A stretch of DNA of 64,000 nucleotides from Alphaproteobacteria bacterium (GCA_016735395.1 JAERRO010000001.1:2428-66427), one strand, 5' to 3'; positions 10,821-22,500 are shown, numbered from the stretch's first letter. Numbers and translations: made by a program. Notes: generated from the sequence alone by a model not told the origin.

Positions 10821-10825
10821 AACGG

Positions 10826-12004
10826 CTATTTTTTATGGACAACAGTAGTTTTGCCGTCTATAAAATTCAGAACAAGTTCCTCCGTTTTACTAGCGGTTCC
10901 TACACTTTTTATAACAGTTCCATCACTATCTGTGGCAAAAATAAACCCTCGTTCCATAGTCTTTTTCAACGAATAGCTCTCTAACAGACTTTTTAAATTT
11001 TCAACCCTTATTTTTAGTGTCTCTAGTTTATTTATCTGAGTAGTCTGTATTTTCTGCATAGAGAAATCTAAAAAGAGTTGTCTTTCTCTGACTTTATCTA
11101 GAGGCGACTTTAGCTTCGCCATATCCATTATATTGTATAAATTCTTTACTTTATTATGTAAACTATGTCTAATATATCTCATTCGTTCATCTAACTTATT
11201 AGCTATAAATTCTTGTGTAAATTTAGTAGCTATCTCGGCGGCTCCAGTAGGTGTAGGAGCCCTCTTGTCCGCTACAAAATCTGCTAGAGTAGTATCGGTT
11301 TCATGCCCTATAGCACTGATAACCGGGCAAGGGCATTTATATATAGACCTGACGATTTCTTCATCGTTAAAACAAAACAGATCTTCAAAACTTCCTCCGC
11401 CTCGTGCTAGGATAACCGTGTCGATATCATTTCTACTGCTTATATGTTTAAAAGCGGACACAATAGTTTTTTTCGCATCTTGCCCTTGGACGACTACAGG
11501 GTACAGTTCTACTTTTGTCTTCCACCGTTCATCTAGTCTATGCAGAATATCTTGTAAAACGGATCCAGTTTTAGAGGTTATCACGGCTATAGTAGAAGGA
11601 TACAAAGGTATCTCTTTCTTTTTATCTAAATCGAATAGTCCTTCGTTTTTGAGTCTTAATTTTAACTCCTCTAACTTTTTTAATAGATCTCCCTCGCCAC
11701 TAGTTTCCATAGAGTTAACTATTAGTTGGTAAGAAGATTTTCCTTTCGAATAGCTAGAAACTTTGCCAGAAACGATGACCTCGTTGCCCTCCTTAAAGTC
11801 CACAGCAATATTAGTTCCTCTCCAGATTATCATAGAGATAACACTATCGGAGTCTTTCAAGGATAAATAAGTATGACCGGAGGAATGTCTATGAACATTA
11901 GAGATCTCACCTTTAATACGGACAGAGGTAAAAGTGACCTCAAGTGTATTCTTAATAACTGATGATATTTCCGAAACGGAAAAGATAGTATCTATTTCTT
12001 TCAT
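10826..12004 (-). CDS. xseA: Exodeoxyribonuclease VII large subunit
   Basis: GEISN..SGHTYLSLKD, ARGGGSFEDL, SAIGHETD, APTPTGAAE. Confidence 0.96.
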   Translation of the reverse strand: MKEIDTIFSVSEISSVIKNTLEVTFTSVRIKGEISNVHRHSSGHTYLSLKDSDSVISMIIWRGTNIAVDFKEGNEVIVSGKVSSYSKGKSSYQLIVNSMETSGEGDLLKKLEELKLRLKNEGLFDLDKKKEIPLYPSTIAVITSKTGSVLQDILHRLDERWKTKVELYPVVVQGQDAKKTIVSAFKHISSRNDIDTVILARGGGSFEDLFCFNDEEIVRSIYKCPCPVISAIGHETDTTLADFVADKRAPTPTGAAEIATKFTQEFIANKLDERMRYIRHSLHNKVKNLYNIMDMAKLKSPLDKVRERQLFLDFSMQKIQTTQINKLETLKIRVENLKSLLESYSLKKTMERGFIFATDSDGTVIKSVGTASKTEELVLNFIDGKTTVVHKK

Positions 12005-12045
12005 ATTATACCTTTAGAAGATTTTAACTTCCTTTTCAAGCAAAA

Positions 12046-13080
12046 TTATTCTTCTACACTCCAGTTAGATCGAGAAGTAGCACAAAGTTCGGTATCAAAG
12101 TTATCTACAGAACAGACTTTTTCTATACCTGCGAAAGCTATCATAGCTCCGTTATCTGTACACAGATTCGGCGGAGGGGCAACAATATTATAATTAGGTA
12201 TTTTATTTTTTAGAGATGTTAACAGCAATTTATTTTTGGCGACCCCACCGACGATAGCTATAGTATCGATGCCGTCGAGTTTTACGATAGAGTTGCTAGT
12301 AGTTTCTATAATATGTTTGAACACGGCGACTTGAAAAGTTTTACAAAAGTCAGATTTGAGTTTGTCATCTTTCAAGATATTAGGATGTTGATTTATAAAT
12401 TGTCTAGCTTTAGATTTAAAGCCGGAGAAAGACATAGTATTTTCTATCTTGAATTTGGGTTGTTTGAATAGGTTCTCTAAAAGTTTTTCGTTAGAAGTAG
12501 TAAACTCGTCGGCACATTCTTCTATAGTAGCTCCATTAGGCGGAGACAAGTTTAACATTCTAGCGACCTTGTCTAATACCTCTCCGGCAGAGTCATCCGC
12601 AGTGGCAGAGAGGATAGTCATATCGTTGTACCCATTTACTAGAATTATTTGACAATGTCCGCCACTAGTCAAAATAGCTACATAAGGAAAGTCGATTTTA
12701 TTATTTATCTTGACACTTAAAATATGGGCTTTTATATGATTGACACTGATAAAAGGAATATCATTTGCTAAAGCTAATCCTTTACCAAACTGTGATCCCA
12801 CCGTTAAACATCCTATTAGTCCTGGGCCTGTGGTTGTGGCTATGTGCGAAATATCTTTCATCTTGACCTTTGAATTATCTATAAAGTCTTGAAACATAGC
12901 AGGTAAAATTTGTAGATGACCTCTAGAAGCCACCTCGGGGACTACACCGCCAAATTTTATGTGTTCGTCTTGTGTAAATATTTTATGATATAGAATAATC
13001 GGTAGAGACAAATCTGTCTTTCTCTCTATTACAGCAATAGAGGTTTCATCGCAACTGGTTTCTATACCGAGACATATCAC
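12046..13080 (-). CDS. tsaD: tRNA threonylcarbamoyladenosine transferase TsaD
   Basis: LGIETSCDET, GGVVPEVASRGH, GPGL, SGGH, CTDNGAMIA. Confidence 0.93.
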   Translation of the reverse strand: MICLGIETSCDETSIAVIERKTDLSLPIILYHKIFTQDEHIKFGGVVPEVASRGHLQILPAMFQDFIDNSKVKMKDISHIATTTGPGLIGCLTVGSQFGKGLALANDIPFISVNHIKAHILSVKINNKIDFPYVAILTSGGHCQIILVNGYNDMTILSATADDSAGEVLDKVARMLNLSPPNGATIEECADEFTTSNEKLLENLFKQPKFKIENTMSFSGFKSKARQFINQHPNILKDDKLKSDFCKTFQVAVFKHIIETTSNSIVKLDGIDTIAIVGGVAKNKLLLTSLKNKIPNYNIVAPPPNLCTDNGAMIAFAGIEKVCSVDNFDTELCATSRSNWSVEE

Positions 13081-13142
13081 TTTATAATCCTTTATAAGGT
13101 TATAATTTAGTCTATCTATATCATAATATCAAGAAGTATAAA

Positions 13143-14330
13143 CTAAAAAGTGTCTTCTATAAACTCTAAAATAGTCATCTTTATATATGTATCAACCGCG
13201 GAAGTCCTCTTGACTAGTATCTGCGATTTACTATTAGTATAACATCTCATAGTAATATAGCCGTTTTTATGTAGTATAGGCATTTGGTGATCAGTCTCTG
13301 GAGAGACTATAACTAATGTGTCTGTATGTGTAGTTCTGTTAAAGTCAAAATGAACTAAAACCTCTGTATCTTTTTTGAGAGGTATATCTATATCTACAGG
13401 GATAACTTCGTCGGTCTTTGTAGAATTTCTGACTATAATACTTTGTGGAGATGCAAAGATAAATTTATCTCTAACCATTCTAAACTCTAAGATATTATCG
13501 AATTTGTCCATATATATGGAACCTAAAGTTCTAGTATGAATAAAATTATTTAAAACAATGTCTTCATTTTTCAAAAGTTGTTCTTCGTCAAGATCCGTAA
13601 GCACTATATCGCTTGATCCGTCTGCTTTTCCTATGATAACTATATTATACCAGTTTTCTACAGTTAATTTATCTTCTGAATTTTTAATTACACACCCTTG
13701 AAACATACCTGCAGAAAAATCCATTTCAATAGACTTCGTTATATTCTCTGGTAGATATAAATTTGCGGTACCATTTGAATTTCTACATCGTCCTTTAGAA
13801 ATACTAAAAGTCTTTTCAGAAGCACGGCTTATCTTTAGCCCGAAACTAACATTACTGTCATCACCCAAATTTTCTATAAGCCGTTTAACAGAATTTGCAG
13901 TTATAGCTTTAGAATCATCTACCCCGTTGAATACATCGCTAGGTGTAGCTATCTTTATAAGCCCTAATTCTTCCGTTGAAGCCGTTTTAACTACATTTGA
14001 AAGATCATTTTTTGCTACACCTAAAAGTGCTAAAGTATCTATGTCGACATTATCGAGATCTCTAGTGAGAACCCCTCTTCCTTTTAATATGTCGATATCT
14101 AATTTTTTTAAATCAGTAGTAAGTATCCCTCTATCTTGAAGTATATCTATGTCGAGGTTTTCTAAATTTTCTTTCAGTAGAGGAAATCCGGAAAGAGTTT
14201 TACCGTCATGACAGACTATGGTCTTTTTAGTAGCATCATAAGTTATTTCACCTTCTAATCCAGTAAACGATGTATACTCTTTTTCATCTCCCCTGCGAAG
14301 TTGTAAAGCTGTAGTAGTTTTTAAGTTCAT
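13143..14330 (-). CDS. Phage tail-fibre-like protein (Mtd-N-like N-terminus)
   Basis: QLRRG..FTGLEGEITYD..VCHDG..GFPL; tail-fibre repeat ASTEELGLIKIAT..DDSKAIT. Confidence 0.7.
   Translation of the reverse strand: MNLKTTTALQLRRGDEKEYTSFTGLEGEITYDATKKTIVCHDGKTLSGFPLLKENLENLDIDILQDRGILTTDLKKLDIDILKGRGVLTRDLDNVDIDTLALLGVAKNDLSNVVKTASTEELGLIKIATPSDVFNGVDDSKAITANSVKRLIENLGDDSNVSFGLKISRASEKTFSISKGRCRNSNGTANLYLPENITKSIEMDFSAGMFQGCVIKNSEDKLTVENWYNIVIIGKADGSSDIVLTDLDEEQLLKNEDIVLNNFIHTRTLGSIYMDKFDNILEFRMVRDKFIFASPQSIIVRNSTKTDEVIPVDIDIPLKKDTEVLVHFDFNRTTHTDTLVIVSPETDHQMPILHKNGYITMRCYTNSKSQILVKRTSAVDTYIKMTILEFIEDTF
13992..14165 (-). repeat. Three 18-aa (54-bp) degenerate tandem repeats within the fibre gene
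   Basis: LENLDIDILQDRGILTTD / LKKLDIDILKGRGVLTRD / LDNVDIDTLALLGVAKND / LSNV. Confidence 0.85.
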
Positions 14331-14489
14331 ATAAATTCCTTTTGAAATATGTCTTTTAGTTCTAAACTTACCGTTAAAAGTTCTATCTATTAAAGGACAA
14401 AGTTAGTATATTAAAAAATCGTGAGTTCTTCTAGATCAGTATAATTTTAGAAAATAGAAGGTAGTAAAAAATGTTTTACTTTAAAAGTT

Positions 14490-14518
14490 ATTATACCACA
14501 AAAATGAAGATAAATCAA
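14490..14518 (-). promoter_or_regulatory. Sigma70-type promoter for the tail-fibre-like gene
   Basis: TTGATT-17bp-TATAAT with extended -10 TG; leaves a ~150-nt leader. Confidence 0.65.
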
Positions 14519-14527
14519 GAGATAATA

Positions 14528-15046
14528 TTAAAGGGTATCGTAAACCCACTCGAAACATTTCTGTGTCGGTCTAAACTCCATCGTTAACTTCTCATCTTGA
14601 GTATTAACATATTTTTGAATTTTACGGTTGAAAATTCCTCTAGGATCACCGTCGCACATTATCCGTTTGCCGAAACACTGGATACATATGCCATTGATAA
14701 CATTTTGATTCTCACAGTTTTTGTCTATATCACGGGAGTAGCCACTTTTACTAGTCTCGTCCTCCCCCATAAACATAGACCTCTCTAGATCTAAACACCA
14801 GATAGGAGAACATTTATGCATCTCTAGTTTTTGTATATCTTCCTTCCCGAGACCCCCGATTTTATCATAATCGACTGTAATTCGTTGCAAAGCATATGGC
14901 CCTTTACATCTTAAAGTACTATGTTGCTCTACTAACCTTCTAGCACATATATCTCCTCCGAAGACTACTACCAAAATTATAAAAATTAAAAATCGATAAA
15001 AATAAGCAAACATAAAAATCTCTCTATAGTTGATTGCTTTTGTCAT
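14528..15046 (-). CDS. Hypothetical secreted Cys-containing protein
   Basis: Signal-like hydrophobic stretch FLIFIILVVVFGG followed by a domain with multiple Cys. Confidence 0.6.
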   Translation of the reverse strand: MTKAINYREIFMFAYFYRFLIFIILVVVFGGDICARRLVEQHSTLRCKGPYALQRITVDYDKIGGLGKEDIQKLEMHKCSPIWCLDLERSMFMGEDETSKSGYSRDIDKNCENQNVINGICIQCFGKRIMCDGDPRGIFNRKIQKYVNTQDEKLTMEFRPTQKCFEWVYDTL

Positions 15047-15095
15047 TAGTATAATATATAATTAGTTAATATACAACCTATTATAGAATAAATAA

Positions 15096-15494
15096 ATGAA
15101 TAAAACCTCTTTAGCCCGACTGTTAGCAGTTCAATCTACTTTTCCACTATTATACGGAGGCAAATTCTGGATGGAAGATGAAATCTTAAAACAAGAACTA
15201 GAAGTATTCGGCATCTCTACTCGCGATAAAAAATTTGAACTGTCTCTAATAGAAGTGTGGAAGAGTAATTATGAAGATGCAGACACTTTTATATTATCTA
15301 ACTTAAACAAAAAAATCCCGTTAGACCCCGTTTTGAGATTATTATTACAATATGCCTATGTCGAGTTTACACACATCAAGACTAAAAGAAGTATAGTCAT
15401 ATCAGAATATAAAAAGTTGGCACTATTATTCGGAGACAAAGAATACGAGAAGTTTGTGCAAGGTATATTAAACAAATTAGAACAAGAAAAATAA
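15096..15494 (+). CDS. nusB: Transcription antitermination factor NusB (divergent)
   Basis: ARLLAVQ, LRLLLQYAYVE, IVISEYKKLA..FG, FVQGILN. Confidence 0.75.
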   Translation: MNKTSLARLLAVQSTFPLLYGGKFWMEDEILKQELEVFGISTRDKKFELSLIEVWKSNYEDADTFILSNLNKKIPLDPVLRLLLQYAYVEFTHIKTKRSIVISEYKKLALLFGDKEYEKFVQGILNKLEQEK

Positions 15495-15504
15495 GCCGAT
15501 TGAT

Positions 15505-15612
15505 ATGACAGAACTCATAAGAAATTTTTTGTATGTTGCAGGGATATTATGTATACTGTTTTTTAGTTTATATGGACTGATAAGTTTAATTTTACAGTTG
15601 TCCTCACATTAA
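15505..15612 (+). CDS. Small single-TM protein (35 aa)
   Basis: MTELIRNFLYVAGILCILFFSLYGLISLILQLSSH; fills the gap after nusB; not in the ORF track. Confidence 0.45.
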   Translation: MTELIRNFLYVAGILCILFFSLYGLISLILQLSSH

Positions 15613-15625
15613 CAAATTACGGATA

Positions 15626-16048
15626 TCAATTTAAACACGGTAATACAGTTTTATCTTCACGATAGGTGTGTTTTACTTTACTAAAACTTTTAATATCCCA
15701 TGACGGAAAATCCGTTCTAGTCTTCGCAATATTCTCGTCATTTACTATAATAGTTTTAGATATAATCTTTTTATTTTTATCGAATTCTATTATAAATTCT
15801 GTATTATCTATAATAGAAATAGAAATAGGATTTCTATGTTGTTCTGTAAAACCATAATAGATCCATTTATTACCGACTTTTAAGGAAGGGTCGCCTAAAA
15901 TTTCGTATGTATCTTCGGCCGTTTTTATATTCTGAATTTCGTTCGCATTCTGTTCTTTATCAAAATAATATCCTCTATGAAAATTATTACAACCTACCGT
16001 AGTAAAGATTAAAAGTCCTACGAGAATCTTTATACAGACATTACTCAT
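15626..16048 (-). CDS. bamE: Outer-membrane assembly lipoprotein BamE-like
   Basis: Lipobox VGC, HRGY, LGDPS, WIYY. Confidence 0.65.
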   Translation of the reverse strand: MSNVCIKILVGLLIFTTVGCNNFHRGYYFDKEQNANEIQNIKTAEDTYEILGDPSLKVGNKWIYYGFTEQHRNPISISIIDNTEFIIEFDKNKKIISKTIIVNDENIAKTRTDFPSWDIKSFSKVKHTYREDKTVLPCLN

Positions 16049-19000
16049 CTTTATTTATAGAAGCATCATCACAGTTAATTTTATTTTCGGCTTTACTAAC
16101 GAGTTCTTCGAATTTGCGAGGATCCGCTTTAGAAGTATTAGAAAATCGTCCTTCGCTAAGTAGAAACTGTTTAAGTTTGTCAGGATTAGATTTAGAGTCG
16201 AGTTGCATAGGGTTTTTATCAGAGCCTTTAAGTCTAGGATCGAATCTAAATAGAGGCCATTCTCCAGAAGAGACGGCATCTATTTGATGTTGAGCCCCTA
16301 ATCCTTCGCTAATTTTATATTTATGTTCTATACAAGGTGCATGAGCCAGAATAACAGAAGGGCCGTTAAAACTTTCAGCTTCTATTATAGCTTTAATAGA
16401 TTGTGCCGGATTCGCTAACATAGCGATTTGTGCTACATAAATTTCTCCGTTTGCTAGTAAAATGTTTCCTAAATTTTTCTTATGTACCTGTTTTCCAGAA
16501 GAAGCAAATTTCATAGTAGCTCCGATAGGTGTAGCTTTAGAAGCCTGTCCCCCTGTATTTGAATATCCTTGAGTATCTAACACTAGAGTATTTATGTTAG
16601 CAGAAGTGTGAATAATGTGATCTAATCCACCGTAGCCGATGTCATATGCCCATCCGTCGCCTCCGACTAACCACATTGATTTTTCTCGAAGGAAATTTAT
16701 AAGATTCTTAATTTCATCGTTGTCTCTAGATCTAGGAAGCTTGTCTATATCGACTTTCAGATCTTTAAACTTCGCATTAAAACTAGTCTTTCCGCTAGGA
16801 GTAGTTTGATCTATCTTCAAAACTTCTTCAACCAAAGAAGAGTTGATATCAGACTTGTTTTTCTCTAGTAAATTTACGATCCTCCTCGAAAACAGAGAAA
16901 TAATACTGGTCATTCCTAACCCATATTCAGCATTATTCTCGAATAAAGAGTTAGACCAAGCAGGACCTTTTCCTTCGTTAGTAGTCGACCAAGGAGTCGT
17001 CGGTAGAGATCCACCAAAAATAGAAGTACACCCAGTAGCATTTGCTACTATCATATGTTCCCCGAATAGTTGAGTTATCAACTTGAGGTAAGGAGTTTCT
17101 CCGCATCCGGCACAGGCACCAGAGAACTCGAATAGAGGTTGCATCAATTGACTATGTTTCATTATAAGCGGGTTCAGATCCTCTTTATTTACATATGGGA
17201 GGCTAATCATAAAGTCGAATTTGTCTTGTTCTTCTTGTACATTTACTGAATTTATGTCTACCATTTCTAGTGCTTTTTTTCCAGTCTCTCTATCGATCGC
17301 AGGACACACCACAGAACATAGATTACAACCTGTACAGTCCATACTGGAAGTTTGAACGGTATATTGATAACCATCTTTTAAGTCTTTCCCCTTGTACTTG
17401 ATACTTTTATAATTTTTAGGAGAATCTTCTAGTTGAGACTCGGTAGCTACAGAGGTTCTAATAGCAGAATGAGGACAGACGAAGGCACATTTTCCGCACT
17501 GAATACAGATGTCGGGATCCCAATCAGGAATTTTAGGTGCGATAGTCCTCTTTTCTAACTTAGTAGTGCCAGTTATATATTCTCCTCTATTTAGAAATGC
17601 GGATACGGGAAGGGTATCTCCGTTTCCTTCTAGAATAAGTCGGACTAAATTGTCTGTATAATCGTCTATGGAGCCGTATATGACAGAAATAGCATCTTTA
17701 GCATCATCGCTTTTTTCGGTAGGAATTTCTATTTTTGTCATTTTGTCTGTAGACCGTTCGATAGCACTAATATTAGATTTTAATATGGCTTCTCCCCTAT
17801 GTGCAAAAGATTTTTTTGCAAAATCCTTTAAAGACTTTTCTGCCAAACTATAATCTATGACTTCAGTTAACTTAAACATACAAGACTGCAAAATAGGACT
17901 AACTATGGCTCCCATTTTCAATTCTTGAGCTAACGAAGTAGCATCTATAGCCCACACAGAAACATTTTTTCGTATAATAGTTTCTTGAACTTCTTTTGTA
18001 AAATTGTTAAAAGTTTTATCTCCATAAGGAGAATTTATTAGAAAAATCCCGTTTTCTTTAATTTTTGTTAAGATGTTCTGTTTCTTAATCAGAGGAAAAT
18101 AACTACAAGAAATAAAATCAGCTTTATCTATAAGATATTCAGACAAAATTTCTCTGTCGCTAAACCGTAGATGGGAAGTAGTAGTATTGCCGGCCTTTTT
18201 AGAATCATAAACGGCATATCCCTGTACAAATTTGTCTGTGTTCTCACCAATAATTTTAATACTATTTTTTCCTGCAGTAACACTACCATCTGAACCTAGT
18301 CCATAGATGAGTATATCTTTAACACCTTCATTTTCTATGTAAAAATCCTCTAGAGGAAGAGATAAATGTGTAATATCGTCGTTGATACCAACTGTAAATT
18401 CGTCTTGTAATTTGTCGCCAGTAAGCATATCGTATATAGCCTTTACACAATTAGGAGTAAACTCTTTACTAGATAGTCCGTATCTACCTCTAACTACTTC
18501 AATATTACTTTTCTTTGCCTTAAATAAAGAAGTGCTGACATTTAGGAAGAACGGTTCTCCGACCATTCCAGGAGATTTGCAATGATCTAGAACTGCTATA
18601 TTTTCCGTAGAATTGGGCAGGGCATTGATAAAGTCTTCAGTAGACCAAGGATTCAAAATTCTAATAGATAGAACACCGTAGTCAGGGTTATCAGTATACT
18701 CTAAAAATTCTCTAATAGTACTTACACCCGCACCCGCTATAACTATAATATTCTTTGCACTCTTACTTCCGTAATATTCCATGACATTATACTTAAATCC
18801 TGTCTCGTCTTCAAACTCTTTAAAAGTATCTTTGATGATCTCGACGGCATTATTATAATTACTGTTTATAGCTTCAAATCCTTGAAAATATATGTCTGGA
18901 TTTTGAGCCGACCCCCGTAATTTAGGGTTTTCTGGTAGATTAGCTTCTGATCTAAATTTGTTTAGAGACTCCCAAGGAAATAATTTTGAAATAGTATCGT

Positions 19001-19574
19001 TAGATAAAGAATAGAATTTTGAGATCTCACTAGAAGTTCTCCAACCGTCCATAGAATTGATAAAAGGTATTCTAGTCTTGAGAGATATAGCATTCGATAA
19101 AAATGCCATGTGATGACTTTCCTGAACAGTATTACTAAAAATTACACCGAATCCAGTCTGTAGAGTAGCCATAATATCGCTTTTGTCTCCAAAGATAGAA
19201 AGAGCATGAGTAGCAATAGTCCTCGAAGCCACATGAATTACACAAGGTAATTGTTCTCCCATAATTTTAAACATCGTCGGTATCATCAAGAGTAGACCTT
19301 GAGAAGCCGTAAAAGTAGTAGCCATACTACCTAGTTGTAAAGCTCCGTGTAATGCACCTATAGCTCCACCTTCAGATTGCATTTGAATAACTTGAGAGGT
19401 ATCGCCGAAGATATTTTCTGTTTTCTTACTGGATAATCCATCGTATGCCTCTGCCATATCTGTAGACGGAGTAATAGGAAAAATATAGGAAAAGTCGCTT
19501 AATAGGTATGCTATTTGTGCTACAGCAAAAGATCCGTCACTAATTTGAAAAGTTTTATTTTGAGTAATCGTCAA
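16041..19574 (-). CDS. nifJ: Pyruvate:ferredoxin/flavodoxin oxidoreductase, single-chain, paralog B
   Basis: FPITPS, MQSEGG, two CxxCxxCxxxCP motifs, GACAGC, GGDGWAYDIG, YSNTGGQ. Confidence 0.93.
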   Translation of the reverse strand: MTITQNKTFQISDGSFAVAQIAYLLSDFSYIFPITPSTDMAEAYDGLSSKKTENIFGDTSQVIQMQSEGGAIGALHGALQLGSMATTFTASQGLLLMIPTMFKIMGEQLPCVIHVASRTIATHALSIFGDKSDIMATLQTGFGVIFSNTVQESHHMAFLSNAISLKTRIPFINSMDGWRTSSEISKFYSLSNDTISKLFPWESLNKFRSEANLPENPKLRGSAQNPDIYFQGFEAINSNYNNAVEIIKDTFKEFEDETGFKYNVMEYYGSKSAKNIIVIAGAGVSTIREFLEYTDNPDYGVLSIRILNPWSTEDFINALPNSTENIAVLDHCKSPGMVGEPFFLNVSTSLFKAKKSNIEVVRGRYGLSSKEFTPNCVKAIYDMLTGDKLQDEFTVGINDDITHLSLPLEDFYIENEGVKDILIYGLGSDGSVTAGKNSIKIIGENTDKFVQGYAVYDSKKAGNTTTSHLRFSDREILSEYLIDKADFISCSYFPLIKKQNILTKIKENGIFLINSPYGDKTFNNFTKEVQETIIRKNVSVWAIDATSLAQELKMGAIVSPILQSCMFKLTEVIDYSLAEKSLKDFAKKSFAHRGEAILKSNISAIERSTDKMTKIEIPTEKSDDAKDAISVIYGSIDDYTDNLVRLILEGNGDTLPVSAFLNRGEYITGTTKLEKRTIAPKIPDWDPDICIQCGKCAFVCPHSAIRTSVATESQLEDSPKNYKSIKYKGKDLKDGYQYTVQTSSMDCTGCNLCSVVCPAIDRETGKKALEMVDINSVNVQEEQDKFDFMISLPYVNKEDLNPLIMKHSQLMQPLFEFSGACAGCGETPYLKLITQLFGEHMIVANATGCTSIFGGSLPTTPWSTTNEGKGPAWSNSLFENNAEYGLGMTSIISLFSRRIVNLLEKNKSDINSSLVEEVLKIDQTTPSGKTSFNAKFKDLKVDIDKLPRSRDNDEIKNLINFLREKSMWLVGGDGWAYDIGYGGLDHIIHTSANINTLVLDTQGYSNTGGQASKATPIGATMKFASSGKQVHKKNLGNILLANGEIYVAQIAMLANPAQSIKAIIEAESFNGPSVILAHAPCIEHKYKISEGLGAQHQIDAVSSGEWPLFRFDPRLKGSDKNPMQLDSKSNPDKLKQFLLSEGRFSNTSKADPRKFEELVSKAENKINCDDASINKDE

Positions 19575-19579
19575 TCCTT

Positions 19580-22500
19580 TTATGTTAATTTAACTGTTTT
19601 ATTTTTTATAATATTATTTAAATTTTCGTTCTGTTTCTTCCCTATGTCTGCTAACCTTTCGTAGTTTTCTCTATCATATTTGGCAGTTTTTATAAATCTA
19701 TTTTGAGATTCATACAGAGCTTCAAGATCTTCAGAAGGATTTTTAGAATCTAACTGCAAAGGTTCATCAAGACTAGGATTAAATCTATATAAAGGCCATT
19801 GCCCAGAATTTACTGCATGTATCTGTTGAGATAAAGTCCCGCCGGTGTCTAAAGGGCCGTTGTGTTCTATACAAGGCGAGTGAGCGATAATTATCGCAGG
19901 ACCATCAAAAGCTTCTGCCTCTAGAATAGCTTTAATCGTTTGAGTAGGGTTAGCAAACATAGCTATTTGAGCGACATAGCAATTATTGTTTTGCATACTT
20001 ATAAAACCTAAATTTTTCTTTGCCGTCTTCTTCCCTGTGATAGAGAATTTGTGGGAAGCCGTTATAGGAGTAGCTTTAGACTGTTGTCCGCCTGTGTTCG
20101 CATAGACCTCGTTATCTAGCACAAGAATTTTTGAAGGAGTCTGAAGATGCAGAATGTGATCGATACCGGCATAACCGATATCATATGCCCATCCGTCTCC
20201 GCCGACTATCCACAATGATTTCTTTCGCAGATTGTCTATGACATTATGAAGCCGGACAGATGCCTCACCTAGAGAGTCTCTTTCCTTTTCCAGTATATCT
20301 TCCAGAGTTTTTATATCTTCTAGAATGATAGCCCTACTGTTTTCATCTTCCTGTTTATTATCTACGATTTTATCAGATATCTCTCCTAGAACATTTTTGT
20401 ATTTATCCCCTAGTTCTTTCAGAAGTCCTATAGCATATTGGTGCATCATATCTTTAGATATTTGCATACCCAAACCAAATTCTGCATTATTTTCATAGAG
20501 AGAATTCATCCAGGCTGGTCCTACTCCATTAGAATTTGAGTTGAAGGGAGTTATATTGTCTCCGGCAAACACAGAAGAACAACCTGAAGCATTCGCCATA
20601 ATTAGATTATCTCCTGTTAACTGTGTTAGAAGTTTTACTAGAGGTGTTTCACCGCATCCTGGACAGGCTCCTGAGAATTCGAATAATGGTTTAGCCAGTT
20701 GTGAATGTTTAGGCAAACTCATATTGAGTCTAGATTTATCTACTTCTTTTAATCCGTACAGAAAGTCGAAGTTATCCTGTTCTACTTTTCTTCTAATTTC
20801 GTCGAGAGGTTCCATTTTGATAGGAGGATTTTTATGATCTTCTAAAGGACAAGCTTTGATGCATAGATCACATCCAGTACAGTCCCCTGGTGAAACTTGA
20901 ATCGTGTAGTGAAGATTGTCTTCCTTACTGTCCGTAATATCGTTAGCCTTATATTCTTGAGAAACGAAATCGTCGGGAGCATCTGACCTTTGTTCTTCTG
21001 TCGTAACAGTAGAACGGATAGCAGAATGTGGACAAACAAAAGCACATTTTCCACATTGAATACAGGTATCGGGATCCCATATAGGCACTTCGTTACTTAA
21101 CCCTCTTTTTTCTAGTTTACTCAATCCCGCTGGAAACATAACATGTTTAGGTATCGCAGAAACAGGAATATCATAACCAGTCTCTGTCCGAATCTTTTCT
21201 ATGATTTGAACGGCAATCTTTTCTTTAGAATCACTAATAGAAGACTTAAAATCTGGTGCTTTACTTATCGTATCGTCTGAGACTTTTATTTCTATAAGTT
21301 CGTCTAAAGCTTTATCGATAGCAGAAAAATTGGCGATGACAATGTCTTCACCTTTGCTAGAATATGTTTTTTTGACGGTATCTTTAATCTTTTGAATAAT
21401 CTTTTTATTATCGACGAGTTCATTGACATAGAAAAAGCAGACCTGCATAATAGTATTTATCCGTCTGTTAAGACCGAATTCTTTTGCTATTTTAGAAGCA
21501 TTTATAACGAAGAGTCTACAGTTCTTGTCTTTAATAGTTCTCTGAATATCTTTCGGTAAAATATTGAGGACATCTTTAGTATCTCCGTCAACATTTATTA
21601 GTATAGTTCCGTTTTGTTTAATGTTTTTAAATATATTAGTAATTTGTACTAACTTAAAGAAATGACAGGCTATAAAGTCAGGTTGTTCTACAAAAAAAGG
21701 TGTATCTATAGGTTTATTCTTATCTATACGAATGTGAGTATGAGTGAGTCCTCCTGCTTTTCTAGCATCGTTGTTCGTCCTTCCGTTGATATAGACATTG
21801 TCGACCTCATTTATAATATTTAGACTATTAACTACAGAACCAGAAGTTCCGTCAGAGGCCAACCCCCAAATGATAGCTTCGAATCTGTCCTTGTGATTTA
21901 TAAGAAAAGAGTTATCTACCTCTAGAGATAAATTAGTAACATCGTCGTTGATACCTACTGTAAACTCTTGAGGAATATTCTCGCCGTTTAACATATCGAA
22001 GATGGCTTTAACATCTTTTGGAGAAAAGTTTTTACCTACAAGTCCATATCGTCCACCTGCTATATTTATATCTTTACGACCTCCTCTCCATAAAGCTGAA
22101 ACTACATCTTCGCATAGAGGTTCATAGACGGCTCCCATCTCTTTCGTCCTATCTAAAACGGCAATATTTTTAACAGATGAAGGTAATTTTTCTATTAAAT
22201 CGTCTATAGGGAAGGGTCTGTATAGTCTTATATTTATAACCGCGATTTTTTCTTCTCTGTTTAGATCTATATATTCCTTAATAGTTTGTATAGAAGATGT
22301 CATAGATATAATAATATTTTCAGCTTCAGGGTTCCCATAAAATTCTACTACTTCGTATTTTCTACCGGTCGCAGAATAGAACTTTTTCATCTCGCTTTTA
22401 ATAGTAGGAATAACATTTTGTACGATAGGATTAAGACTCTCTTTAATTTGAAAAGCCATATCGTGATTTGATATGCTACCTCTGACTTGAGGATTCTCGG

